From Somniosus microcephalus (taxonomy: Eukaryota), in contig CM126214.1 in NCBI GenBank assembly GCA_052327205.1, positions 46,252,001 to 46,316,000 of the forward strand: a stretch of 64,000 nt of DNA, given 5' to 3'. The notes beneath the pieces are model-generated. The model saw nothing but the letters and a program-made list of their open reading frames with translations. It did not search any database and was not told the origin of the DNA. This document shows positions 25,026 through 38,125 of this stretch, in pieces; position 1 is the first letter of the stretch, and each line of letters opens with the position of its first letter. Position numbers and translations under genes: made by a program.

Positions 25026-25819
25026 TTCCCATTGTACTTTCTCAGAGGTCCTTGTCAAATTATGACCAGGTTTTCAGGCGCAGTAGGAAACAAATTCATT
25101 TTTGTGGTGTTTTATTGCAATTTTTTAAGGATTAAAAAAAATTCCTCACTGAGAGCTGCCCTATATTTCTTTTAATGCATTTTTATTGCACATTAAAAAC
25201 TGAAAAAGTTCCCCAATTGCCGGCTCTTAAACATGCTGTGCTTTGATGTGCATGAATGATGGTTAAATGAGTTGAAACTTGAATTTTCATACTTAAAGAA
25301 GAGAAATACATGTTGTGAGTCCGGCACTTTCCTTGAGCCCCGATTGTTTATGCTGATTTACACCCATTTTACGCTTGGGCATATTCTAATGAGATTCGCA
25401 GGAAATTTGAGTGTAACTTGACATAATTACATAGAATAAACAGCACAGAAACAGGCCGTTCGGTCCAACCAGTCCATGGCGGCATTTATGCTCCACTCGC
25501 GTCTCCTCCCATCCTTCCTCATCTAACTCTGTAAAGTCCGCGCCTCAATAATACACGGACTTCGGGAGAACAATTAAACAAGTATTTTACTGAACAGAGG
25601 GTAACGTCAGACTGAAGTACAGAAGCCTGCTAGGGCCTTTTATACAGGGGTGGTCACTGCAAGTACTGCAGCATAAAATCAGTTCTTCTCTTAAAGGTAC
25701 ATACACAACAATTCCTCCCCTTTTAGATAAACAGTACATAACATTCATTTAACAACTAAATAATAACTAATTACAATTACAATTTTCTCGGTACTATATA
25801 CATCAACTGCAATAATCAT

Positions 25820-28800
25820 TTATAAGTTCAGTCTTTGAGGAGGCTTCCTAATCCTGACTGGATAGCGCCTTTCTCGAGTATCCTGTTCTTGCGGTGGAGT
25901 CGATTCTGGCTCATTGTCATTGGTTGGTTCGTCAGCTTCCAATACCACTACTTCTGAGGTAGATGCAATCTGTACTTCGGGCTCATTACCAGGTGCACAT
26001 GCTCGTGGTATAGGTTTGGCTTGTTCCTGTGACTCTAGAATTTGGTCAGCATGGCGTCTCACGATGCTCACTCCAACGTCCACTGTGTATATTAGTGGTC
26101 CCTGCTGTGTGCATATCGTTCCTGGTTGCCATTTTTCTGTTGGGTAGTCGCGGGCCAAGACTGGTTGTCCTATCTTGAAGCTCCTGGCTGGCTTCTCATT
26201 GATGTGCTGGAATTGCTTATCCTCAACATCTCATCTTATGTTTGGTTTGAGCAAATCCAGGCGACATCTTAGCGTTCGGTTGAAGAACATTGTGGCTGGA
26301 GCTTGGTTGGTGACTGCATGTGTCGCATTCCGGTAAGCAAACAAGAAATTATCTAACTTGTGTTGTAGTGGTATGTTGTCATTATACATCGCCTTTATTG
26401 CCTTTTTAAAGGTCTGAACAAACCTTTCAGCCAATCCATTTGTGGCTGGATGATATGGGGCAGATGTGTAATGTTTCACCCCATTATTCCTCAGAAACCT
26501 CCGGAAATCCTCGGACACAAACTGTGGCCCATTGTCGGAGCAAATTTGTTCTGGCAAGCCATTCCTGGTGAAGATGGTCCGTAGGACTGCAATAGTTTTC
26601 TCTGTGGTGGTGGAGGACATTTTGATGACCTCTGGCCATTTCGAATGGGCGCCCACGGCGATTAGAAACATTGAGTCCATAAATGGACCAGCAAAATCAA
26701 TGTGTACCCGTTGCCATGGAGATGAGGGCCACTCCCATGGGTGTAGAGGGGCCTGTGGTGGTGCATTTTGGACTTTCTGGCATCCTGAGCAGCTCTTGGT
26801 CAGGTCCTCAATTTGTTTATCGATTCCCAGCCACCACACATAAGCCCTGGCTAGGCTTTTCATTTTTACCCCTCCCAGGCGACCTTCATGAAGCTCATTG
26901 AGCACTCTGTCTCTCAACTTGGGTGGAATTACCACTCGGGATCCACACATCAAGGTCCCCCGGCACACTGACAGCTGTTCTCTCCTTGGCGAGAATGCTG
27001 GCAACAGTGAGTTGCCATGTGCTGGCCATCCCTTCACCGTCAAATCATAGACCCGAGAGAGTGTCGGGTCATTTCGGGTTTCCTTCTCTATACTTGAGTT
27101 TGTAACAGGTAGACATTCGACTATGGTCGCATGGAATATCTCAACAGGGTCCACTGCAGGTGCTTCCTCTACCGTAGGCAATGGTAGGTGCGACAGCCCA
27201 TCAGCGTTTCCATGCTGTTTCGTACCCTTGTACTCTATGTCGTACTGATGTGCCCCTAGGAAAAGTGACCATCTTTGCAGCCTTTGCGCCGTCATCACCG
27301 GAACGCCCTTCTTTGGGTTAAAAATGGAGACCAGGGGCTGATGATCAGTCAGTAGGGTGAATTTCTGCCCGTGCAGATAGTGATTGAACTTCTTCACCCC
27401 CACACCAGGCTGAGGGCCTCCCTGTCAATCTGGGCGTAATTACGCTCGGCTGAGGTTAACGAGCACGACGCAAAGGCTATTGGCCTCTCTGAACCGTCAA
27501 GGAATTTGTGTGACAGCACCGCTCCTATGCCGTAGGGAGACGCATCACATGCCAACCGAATCGGTAGTGTTGGGTTGTAGTGGGCCAATACTTCTTTTGA
27601 AGTGATTTGGCATTTACATTTCTGAAAGGCACGCTTACACTCATCACTCCATTTCCATGTTACTCCAGTTTGCAGCAGGGCGTTCAGTGGGTGCAGAATT
27701 GTAGATAAATTCGGCAAGAACTTACGGTAGTAGTTCACCAGCCCGAGAAACGACCTCAATTGCGACACATTTTCTGGTGCTGGAGCCTTGACTACAGCCT
27801 CAATCTTGTCTGGCAACTTATGCAACCCTTCCTCATCAATCATGTGGCCACAATATGAGATTTGTCTCCTGAAGAACTCGCATTTGGGGCAGTTGGCTCG
27901 TAGCCCATATTCCTGCAATCTAGTGAGCACCTGCTCCAGGTTGGCAAGGTGTTCACTGTCATTGTCGCCCATCACCAGGATGTCATCCAAATAACACTGG
28001 GTCCCTGGGATCCCTTGCAGGACTTGTTCCATTGCCCTCTGCCAAATAGCCGGGGCTGATGCTACCCCGAATACCCGTCGATTGTACTGGTAAACGCCTT
28101 TGTGAGTGTTTATCGTGAGGTATTTCCGAGATGCTTCTTCCACCTCCATTTGTAGATACGATTGGGCCAGATCAATCTTCGTAAAGCGTTTCCCTTCAGA
28201 TAGTGAGGCAAAAATATCTTCTATCCGTGGAAGTGGATATTGTACTGTGTGCAGGACTGGGTTCACAGTTACCTTGAAGTTCCCACAGATGCGAACCTTC
28301 TTCGGCTCCCCAGGCGTGCTGCTCAATGATTTCTTCATTACAGGAATGATGGGTGTGGCCCACTCGCTCCAATCCACCTTGGACAGCACACCCGAACGCT
28401 CCAGACTCTCCAGTTCTGCTTCGACGGCTGGGTGGATCGTGTACGGCACCGGTCTGGCCTTAAAAAATTTTGGTTTGCTTTATCTTCGATTTTTATCGTT
28501 GCCTTTACTCATTTTAGAGTCCCAAGTCCTTGTTGGAACACCTCTTTCGCGTCAGTTAGAATTTGTGACAGACGTCCAGATGCGACGTCATCATCCTTTT
28601 TGTCAGTCACAGTTAGCGCCTGAATGGAATGCCAATCCAATTGTATTTTTCGGATCCATTCACATTCCAATAATGGTGGTCCTCCATCTTGTAGTATATA
28701 TAGATACAGTTTCTATGTTTCCTTGCCGTTATATTTAACTGGCACCCTTATTTTTCCTCTGGGGTAGACTTTTTGCCCCGTGTATGCCTTCAATACAATG

Positions 28801-29772
28801 GACGTGTCCTTTAAGGGTATGTGTGAGAATAGCCACTCATAGTCTCGTCGATTCATGACAGTTAGGGCTGATCCTGTATCCAATTCCATCTTTACTTGGG
28901 ACCCTGCTATCATGAGGGTGACCCAAATGGTTCGGTGATCCTCCTTTGCGATCACGTCGTGTAACTTTAGACAACTTAATCTCCTGCTCCCGGAGTCGTT
29001 ATCACTCTCCTGATCTTCCGAACTACTGTCTGTCATTTTTTTTACTTTCTTGTACTTTTCCTTAGTAGTTCTTGTAGTGTTGGTTTTCTTTCCCGACCTG
29101 CAGACTCTTGCTATATGTCCCATTTTCCCGCATTGCCTGCATACTTTGCCCTTAAACCAGCAGTCCTTCTGATCATGGGTTGTTCTGCCACAGCAATAGC
29201 ACTTTTCTGCTCCATACGCCATTTCGTTAGCGTTGTATTCTTGTGGTTTCTGTTGTATTTCCGCAGCTCCCCGTGCTGCTGCTTCGTAGGATACTGCCAC
29301 GCTGAAAGCCTGTTCTAGCATCAGGTCCTTTTCCGAAAGTAGTCATTTCTGGGTTCCTTCACTCTGGAGCCCGCAGACAAACTTATCCCGTAAGGTGTCT
29401 GCCAGTCCTGCTCCAAACTGGCAGTGCTTTGATAACTTGCGTAGTTCCGTAAGATAGTCAGCATTGCTCTCATCTTTGTGCTGGTTTCTTTTATGGAACT
29501 TGAATCTTTCTGCTATCAGCAGCGGTGTAGGGTTTAGATGTTCCTGTACGATATTAACAATCTCCTCGAAACTTTTCTCCATTGGTTTAGCTGGGGTAAT
29601 TAAATTCCGCAATAGGCCGTACGTTCTCGTGCCCATCAAATTTAATAATACCGACACCTTCTTTCCATCGGCCACCTCATTTGCCTTGCAGTACACTTCA
29701 ATTCTTTCCACATACGTTGTCCAGTCTTCTACCTCGTTGTCGAAAGCAGTGATACTGCCACTTTTCGGCATC
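25820..29772 (-). pseudogene. gag-pol of the Gypsy element (Gag, two CCHC knuckles, protease DTG, RT YLDD, RNase H, HHCC/DDE integrase), frameshifted
   Basis: ORFs 29343-29963, 28713-29321, 27394-28449, 26231-27403, 25820-26158 (ends RKPPQRLNL). Confidence 0.95.
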
Positions 29773-30511
29773 TTGGGTGATTTCAAATGGCACCTCCCAC
29801 GCTTTTTCTTCTTCCCCAATGGAATAAAATGGCGCCTCCCGTGCTTTTCCTTTCTCCCCAATGGAATAAAATGGTGCCTCCTGCGCTTTTCCTTCTTCCC
29901 TTGCTGCCACGCTGCTCCTAGCGTTCTACAGGGTAATGGCGGCGACCCGCGGCTTCGGCGCATCTCACTTTTCCTTCCCCTCGTTTATTTTCTCTCCGCT
30001 GCCCGGTTCTTGAGCACCGACCGCGTCCTGTGCACGCCACCCTCTCTCTCTCTCTTTCCTCCCGGCGACGCTGCGCGGCCCCTTTTGCAGAGCCGCTCGA
30101 TCGAGCTCGAGCCCGCCGCAGTCCGGAAGGGTCAGCGCACTACCTGCTACCAGCACGATTTGCTGGAGCACCTTGACTGGGGAGCCAAGCTCAGCTCTCC
30201 ACAGCCTCTCCCGCAACTCTCCGAACACCGATGGATCCTTGGGCGGTTGCACGCGGTCGACTCCCGTTGCTCCGACTTCGACCTCCAAGAAACTTCTTCT
30301 CAGGGAAAGGTCCCCGTGAGGTATGCAGTACTGCAGGTGAATTCGAACTTGCTCGTCGCCACTGTAAAGTTCGCGCCTCAATAATACATGGACTTCGGGA
30401 AAACAATTAAACAGGTATTTTACTGAAAAGAGGGTACTCTTTTAGTTTGGACCCAAAAAAAAAAACAAATTGGACTGTAAATGAACAAAAGTTCAACTAA
30501 AACTTAACAAA

Positions 30512-33500
30512 TCAAATTAAAATTTGGTTTTCCAGGTTGATGATGCACTCCAGTCCCCGCGGCACCCACCGGTCGCGGAAATACTCAAGCGCACCGGCGG
30601 ACACTGCGTGCTCCATCTCCAGGGCCACCCGGGCGCGAACATGGCCGCGGAAGAGAGGCAGGCAATCTGGCTGGACGACCCCCTCGACCGCCCGCTGCCT
30701 GGACCAATTGATGGCTCTCTTGGCCAGGCCCAGGAGCAGTCCCACGAGGAGGTCCTCCAACCTGCCCGTTCCCCTCCGCACTGGGTGACCGTAGATCAAG
30801 AGCGTGGGACTGAAGTGCAACCAAAAATCGAGGAGCAGCCCCTTCAAGTAGTGAAAGAGGGGTTGCAACCTCTCACACTTGACATTAACGTGAAACACGG
30901 ACTCCTCCAGGCCGCAAAAAATGCAGGCGGCCTGGGAGTCCGTGAACCTACTTAAAACCATATTGCACGGGACCGCTCCGTGCAACACCCTCCAGGCCAA
31001 GTCCCCGATGGAACAAGGGAGGACTCCCGCATAGAGAGGCCACCATTGGGGACCTTCGCCTCCGCCGGTCGGCAAGACGCCACGTCAAGGCGTGTCCGGA
31101 CGGCAGACGAAGATGGCAAAGTGGAGAGTATGCAGGAGCAGCCCGTACAGGAAACCCCTCCGCGCGGAATGAAAAGGCACGGAGGGTATTTCCTCGAGAC
31201 GGCTCAAGTTGTGAGGCGCCGGTTCCCGAGGGGAGTTTCGGGGCCGGGCGCCGATGAGGAATTCCGTCCGAACGGGGGTAAGCATTGACGGGATCGCCCC
31301 ACGTGCTTGAGCCGCCTCGATACATCTAGTGGAGTCGGGGCCCAGTGCCACTTTCACCGACTCGATGGCTTCGACCGCGAGCCGGACGTTAGCCCAGGAC
31401 AGGCACCGCGCCAGCTCCTCCGGCGCCATCCAGCCCGCTCCTCCACCATCGGGCAGGTCCCCGACTCTGGTCACCTTGCCAGGCACAGCCCTACTCTCCG
31501 CCAGCCGCCCAAACCCGCGGTCGTGGAGGTGCGGATTCCTGAGCAGCGGCTCCCGAAGGAGAGCCGCCGCTCCTGACGGGGGAGAGCTCTGCCTGGAAGC
31601 GACGTAGTTCCAAACCCATAGCAGTTCCTGGTAGAAGACAGGCAGCTCCCGCAGGCCGGCACGCCTGCCGCCCGCTTTCACAAACAGGAGCTGCGTGTCG
31701 TAATTGAGGCCGTGCAGCTGGCGGAAGAAATACGTCGCCAGCGCACACCATCTCGGAGGATTCTCGACGTACAGGTATCTCTGCTGTGTCTGAAGACAGA
31801 AAGTCACAGCCTGGGGGCGAAGGCACACCAGCGCCTGACCGCCCTCCCTAAGCGGGAGACACAGAACCGCGGCAGAGACCCAGTGCTTCCTTTCATCCCA
31901 GAAGAAGTCGATGAGCTTCTTCTGCATCTTGGCGACAAACGCAGGGGGAGGGATCAAAGTGACCAACCGGTACCACAACATGGCGGCCACCAGCTGGTTT
32001 ATGACCAGCGCTCGACCCCTGTAGGACAACACTCGGAGCAGTCCTGTCCAGCGTCCTAGGCGAGCGGTGACTGGCCTCCAGCTCTTGCCAGTTGGCCGGC
32101 CAGGCGTCCTCGGCAGGGCTAAGGTAGACTCCCAAATAGAGGAGGTGCGTGGTGCTCCAGGCAAAAGGCCTGAACTCCCTCGGCAGGGAGTCCACCCACC
32201 ACTGACCCACCAGGAGTCCGGAACATTTCTCCCAGTTGATCTTGGCGGAGGATGCGTCCGAGTAAATTTGCTGGCATTCCCGCATCCTCCGCAAGTCAGC
32301 GGGATCCGTGACCGTGAGGAGCACGTCATCGGCGTAAGCCGAGAGGACCACCTCTACACCAAGCCCTTGCAGAGCCAGTCCCGTCAACCTCTTCCGCAAG
32401 AGGCGCAGGAAAGGCTCCACGCAAACGGCGTATAACTGACCGGACATGGGGCATCCCTGATGCACCCCCCTCCCGAAGCAAAGGGGCGCCGTCAAGGACC
32501 CGTTAACTTTAATCAGACACTCCGCGGCGGCGTACAGAAGTCGGATCCGGGCGGCGAAATGCGTCCCGAACCTGAATGCGCGCAGAGTCCCGAAGAGATA
32601 CTCGTGATCCACCCTGTCGAACGCCTTCTCCTGATCCAGGGAAATGAAGGGACCGACAGACCAGCCCTCTGGGAGTGGTGGACCAGGTCCCGGACCAGAT
32701 GGATGTTATCGTGGATGGTCCGGCCCGGGACCGTGTAGGACTGGTCGGGGTGGATCATGTGGGCCAGCACGGTGCCAAGGCGAGCAGACATGGCCCTGGC
32801 AAAGATTTTATAGTCCGTGCTGAGGAGGGAGACCGGGTGCCAGTTCTTAAGGAGGCGGAGATCACCCTTCTTAGGCAGCAGGACAATGACTGCCCTGCGC
32901 CAAGAGATGGGCATCTCCCCGGTCGCCAAACTTTCCCTCAGGACCCGCGTGTAGTCGCCCCCCAAGACGTCCGAGAACGCCCTTTGGAACTCCACGGTCA
33001 GCCCGTCCAGCCCCGGGGACTTTCCCCTGGAGAGCTGGTGGAGGGCGCCGGTCAGCTCCGCCAAGCTTAGCGGAGCGTCCAATTTTTCGGCGCCCTCCGG
33101 GCTGACCTTCAGCAGGTCCTCCCATGAAACTCTGCGCGCATCCTCCGTGGATGGATCCGGAGAGAACAGAGCCCCGTAATAGGCGCGGGTCTCCGCGCTG
33201 ATTCCCTCCGGATCCGAGACCAGAGATCCGTCGTCGGCCAGCAGCCCCAAGAGCTGCTTACGGACCCCCCGTCTTTTTTCCAGCGAGTAGAAGAAGGGGG
33301 AGCCGCGGTCCAGGTCCCGCAGGAGCTGGATCCGCGACCTCACGTACGCGCCTCGGGACCCGACGAGCTGCAGGTCCTTCAGCACGCCCTTCTTCTCTTC
33401 GTACACCTTCCGCAGGGCCGGGTCCTCGGCGACCTGACCGAGACGGGACTCCAGGTCGAGCACCTCCTTCTCCAACCGCCCGACCCAGGCCTCCCGCCTC

Positions 33501-34410
33501 TTGGTCGACCCCTTCGCGTACTCCTGACAGAAGAGATGGACGTGAGCCTTGCCCACGTCCCACCATAGTCTCAAGGAGGGGAAGCCCCCCCGCTTCCTTC
33601 TCCAGTCGGCCCAGAACCGACGAAACGAATCCCGGAACCGCGCATCCTCCAGCAGCAGGTTGTTAAAATGCCAGTACGCGGACCCCCCCCACGCGCGCGC
33701 AGCGGAGCGAGCTCCGCCCACACCAGGTGGTGGTCCGTGCACGGCACCGGCCGCATGGAAGCCGCCGGAACGCAGGAGACGTACGCCCGGGAAATGTAGA
33801 GGCGGTTGATTCTGGACCTTCCTCCCCCAGACCTCACGCTAGTGAAGGCGCTGGAGTCAGGGTGGAGATTTCGCCAGACGTCCACCAAGTCGAAGGACCC
33901 GACCAGGTCCCTCAACTTCTCCATCGCCGCCGGGCTTCGCGGGGGACCCGAACGGTCCTTCGCCTCGAGGGTGCAGTTAAAATCCCCCCCAAGGATGACG
34001 CACTCACCCACGTCGACGGAGCACAAAAGAGCGGACACTTCTTCGAAGAAGCGCACTTGCTGCGCACCGGTCTGAGGGGCGTACACGTTCACTAGATGGA
34101 GCGGCACGCCCTTTAGGCGAACAGTGACCTGGAGCAAGCGGCCCGGCATGTGCTGCTTGACCCCCAAGATCTCCGGCTGAAAATGCGGGGCCAGCAAGAT
34201 AGCCACCCCACTGGAATTGTTGGAGAGGTGATTCATGCTGACCCCTCCTTGCCACTCCAGGAGCCACGTGGCTTCGTCTCCCAGAACGGTGTGGGTTTCT
34301 TGCAGGAAGCACACCGCATACTTCCCGTCCCGAAGGACCGAGAAGTTATTGAATCTGCGGCGCGCCTCCCTGCTGCCGGTGATGTTGAGGCTGGCTATGG
34401 TTATCTTCAT
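30512..34410 (-). pseudogene. Tx1 ORF2: APE endonuclease, RT and C-terminal zinc finger; several frameshifts
   Basis: IASLNITG..LQETH, GGDFNC, TDHH, KSPGLDGL, QGCPMS, AYADD, CIFCGLEESVFH..C. Confidence 0.93.
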
Positions 34411-34441
34411 GTCAGAAGCATAGTGCAACTGCTACCTACAC

Positions 34442-36532
34442 CTAACGGGGGGAGGGAGCGCAGCCGCTGGTCAGCCGCCACTTCCTCAACAGCCCAGTGA
34501 GGAACGTTCTGAGCCGACGCAGCAACAGCGGGTTCACGCCCTCGTCCGCGCCCATGATCTTAACGGCGGCATGGACGGACACGATGGGCAGCGCCAGCTC
34601 CGACCACCTGTCGAGGGCCAGCCGGATCTTATTCTGCCGACCCAGGCACATGGCCATAAAGTCCCGGAGTTCCCTTACGGGAATGAGGGGCGACTCGGCG
34701 AGGGGTACGAGGTCATCCATCGCCTCGTCGGCGCTGGAGTCCAAATCGTCCTCCGTGCCCATCACCGAGTCCCCATCCTCCTCCAGGGGGTCGTCACCAG
34801 CGGCCGACCCGTCCGTCGCGCAGTGCACAGCGAATGGCTCGGCCGCAACAGCCATCCCCGCCTCCGCCCGGATCCCACCCCCAGGATCGGTGGCAGAGGA
34901 TTCCTCCCTGGGCTCCTGTAGGGGCGCCGGGCCAGAAGATGGCGGCGGTTCAGAGCGCCCCTCCACCCCAGACACTGGAACGACCGGAGAAACCAGGGAG
35001 AGAACAATTCCCAGCTCCTCCAGTACGTCCGGCACCAGAGATGCAGCCAGGGGGCCATCCTCCTCCCCGCCACCAACCTCCGACCCAGCGGGTGGGGTGT
35101 CTTGAATTAAAACCTTGACCAGGTCGAGCAGCCCCTGGGAGATGTCCGGGTCACATTGGGCGAGCTCATTTTCTTCAAACTCGCCCGACCCGGACCCCAG
35201 GCCGCCCGACCCGGCGAGGGGTAACGGCACAGATAAAATGACAATTTCCGCGGGTTGATCCGTGACACCCCCCACGGGCAGGGTCTCATCCCCATCCCTG
35301 GGAGGCATGTGCCGGACAGACACATCTGCCTCAGCCTCCCGAGGGACAGGCGACCCCTGCCGATCGCTGGTGATGATGACAGCGGGCGGGGGGGCTGCCC
35401 GCGGCGGGCGATGACTCCCCCTGCTCGGAGGGACCATCCTCCTCCCGGTCCTCCTCCTCTTCCAGGGGGTCGCGCCTTCTTTTTAGCGTGGAGGGAGTGA
35501 GGGAGACCTCCATGTCTGCAGAGGCTCCCTCCTCTGCTCCCTCCGGCGGAGCAGGTTTGTCGGGTTCCTCGGGTCCGAGCCCGGCCGCAGGTAATGGCGG
35601 CCCCTCCCGCCCTCGTCTGCCCCGACCAACTCCGCGAGGAGCGCGGGTGTCAGGGGCTCTAATTTAAGGGCCAGCCCTCTACGGGGGACCCGCCCTGAGG
35701 TGTTTCGTTTTTCGCCGCGCCTTCCTTCCGCCCGGATGCGCTCCCTCCCCCCGCCGGAGGCCTTGGTGGCATCGGCCTCCGACGTCTACCGCGCATTGGT
35801 TGTATCGGACGCGCGGCCAGACCCGGAGGGAGGAGCAGCGGCGGTGCCAACCTCGGCCGCACTAGATGACCTGGCGGCCTTGGAGGCGGGGCAGTTTTTC
35901 CTGATGTGCCCCGCCTCCTTGCAGGCGTGGCACCGCACACCGTCCGACATCCAGAAGACGCGATAGGCTGTCCCCTCGTGGAGGACGACGAAAGCCTCAT
36001 CGGTGTCCTCCTCCCGCGCCAGCTGAATAAAGAGCTGGCGCCGGAAGGAGAAGACGTGGCGAAGGCTGGCTTCCCGGAAGCCGAGCGGGATGGGTGTGAT
36101 CCCCGACCTCACCTCCCCAAGTTGGCGTAAGTGGGGGAGGAGGAGCTCACCAGGAACAAAGGGCGGGATGTTAGAAATAACCACCCTCTGCGCGGTGGCC
36201 TCAAGGGGGTCCACCGGCAGGAAGGTCCCGCCCACGGTGAGCCCCTTGGCGATGGCCAGGGACACTGCCCGCTCCGACCCCAGGAAGAACACAGCCTTCC
36301 CGTACATTTTTGAGGCGGCGAGAATGGCAGAAGGGCCGACAACCCCAGCCATAGCCTTTACACACGCCTCAATTGTCATTGTGGGGTGGGTGTAGCTCTT
36401 CACCCCAAGCTTTTTGGTTATTAGTGAGAAAGGTGACGGGGCAGCAGAAGCAGCGGGAGCAGCCGTGGCTGTGGCTGCCACCACCGCATATGACCTAGCT
36501 GGCCCCGCCACCGGCGATGAAGCAGACGCCAT
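34442..36532 (-). pseudogene. Tx1 ORF1 (RRM-like region, CCHC knuckle CHACKEAGHIRKNC, low-complexity C-terminus), broken
   Basis: ORFs 35786-36532 and 34442-35437; SYAVVAA, AASKMYGKAVFFL, VVISNIPPF motifs. Confidence 0.85.
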
Positions 36533-37949
36533 TATGGGGTGGTTTTTGAAAAAGAGCTACACCCACCCCAAGTCAGAGGCCTGAAGGTGTTAATGGCCTC
36601 GGGTTATTTTAAAGTCCTCCCTTGAGCAGAGGGAGCTGTTAAATTGAAGGCACACCTCTCCCCTTATTGATTGGAATTGGGAGAGGGGCCTTCTCCCTTC
36701 TGCTCAAGTGGCAATTAATAAAACAATGAATAGAGGTGCCTCTTGAGAGAGAGAGCAGAGAGAGACAAAGAAAGAGAGAGAGAGAGGGGGGTGGGAAGGA
36801 GGGAGGCCACAAGGGCAGGGTTGCCACTCAGGACGGTGGGTGGGTGGGTGTCGGCAGGGGTGCACTCTCTGATGGAAAAATTAAAGTCTTTGAAGGTGGT
36901 CTTCTGGCAGGGGGAGAAAGATGTCTTCACCTGGGAAAGCTGGAGATGCCCCAGGCTCAGTCCCACACCAGGGCTTAACGATGTATTATGAAATTGGACT
37001 TCACCGAGGCAGCTCCAGCTGTCCCAGGTCAGGCATTAGAAGGGGTGCTTATTAGTGGTGTGTGTGGCCTAGTTTTTAGCAAGAGCCACACACACACACA
37101 CACACACACCCCTTGATGATCTGGCCCTTTTTTCTTCTTTTCTCCCCCCACCTAAAATACAAAGTCTTTGGGAGAGTGCACCAAATAACACCCACCTGTA
37201 GATGTTCAAGGATGATGTTGTTCTTCCCTCCTTCCAAACAGTTGGTGTTGGTTGATGTTTCTCTCCCCTCTCTCCCTCTCCTGGAATGGAGGCCAATTTG
37301 GGGAGGCAGTGATAGGAAAGGCCTTTCCCCTGGTTGGTGTTGCTGGCCTCCTTTCTCCTTCTCCTCCTCTGTCCTCTCTCTCCAGGCACCCCAGTTGTTG
37401 TGATGATGGTGGAGGTGGAGGTGGTGGTGGTCTTTCGTTCTCCTCCTCTTCCTGGTCAGGAGACCACCACTTTCCACTCTCCACTCTCCTGGTCTGGCTG
37501 CTCCTTCTCCTTGTGTGCTGCTGCACAGCCAGCAATGCTGAGAATGAGGTCTAACAGAGGGTAACATCAGACTGAAGTACAGAAGCCTGCTAGGGCCTTT
37601 TATACAGGGGTGGTCACTGCCGGTACTGCAGCATAAAATCAGTTCTTCTCTTAAAGGTACATACACAACAAACTCCATCTGCACATCATCTAATCCCTTC
37701 TCCCTCATATGCCTAGCATCTGATATCGGCAGAATGGGTGCGGAAATTTGCTCATTTCCGGGTCTAACACCCGGGTTACGCCCATGGAGGAAATTCCAGG
37801 CCATAGAGCCCAATGCTTGCCCAGTTAAGATCAACTAACTCAACACAGACTAGAGATTAAACCTGGGACATTACTGGTTGAGTCGCTCATTTAGCCAATA
37901 AGCTACGAGTTCACGGACAGGATTTTCTTCTTCTGTACCTCCATCCTAT

Positions 37950-38125
37950 GGAAAATAAAATATATGAGTAAACAAGCAAGAGACATAAAAACAGACTGTA
38001 AAAGCTTCAATAGGTATGTAAAAAGGAAAAGATTAGTGAAAGTAAACATGGGTCCCTTACAGGCTGAGACAGGAGAAATTATAATGGGCAATAAGAAAAT
38101 GGCAGAGAAATGAAACAAATACTCT
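37950..38125 (+). mobile_element. CR1 ORF2 internal fragment
   Basis: Parallels 60150-60330 (DIKTDCKSFNRYVKRKR..GPL..ETGEII). Confidence 0.7.

Larger units (their letters stand above)
30437..37552 (-). mobile_element. Tx1-clade (L1 group) non-LTR retrotransposon, apparently full length
   Basis: About 1 kb 5' UTR, ORF1 and ORF2; about 11-bp TSD AAAAGAGGGTA/AACAGAGGGTA (30426-30436, 37553-37563) within the Gypsy LTR. Confidence 0.92.
25530..37670 (-). mobile_element. Gypsy LTR retrotransposon (Mag/K02A2.6-like), decayed; 5' LTR split by Tx1
   Basis: 5-bp TSD AACTC (25525-25529, 37671-37675). 3' LTR 25530-25709; 5' LTR 30363-30436 plus 37553-37670. PBS TGGCGACGAG near 30352-30361; PPT at 25710-25724. 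Inserted in a CR1 tail. Confidence 0.95.

Noticed and set aside
30524-36395. Many overlapping plus-strand ORFs over Tx1
   Set aside because: Antisense shadows of a GC-rich coding strand with no recognisable motifs.
37076-37834. 252-aa ORF with a poly-His stretch
   Set aside because: It spans flank, LTR and low-complexity Tx1 5' UTR; a junction artefact.
37900-37950. Apparent minus-strand exon DGGTEEENPVREL
   Set aside because: The acceptor derives from antisense CR1 sequence and there is no good donor.
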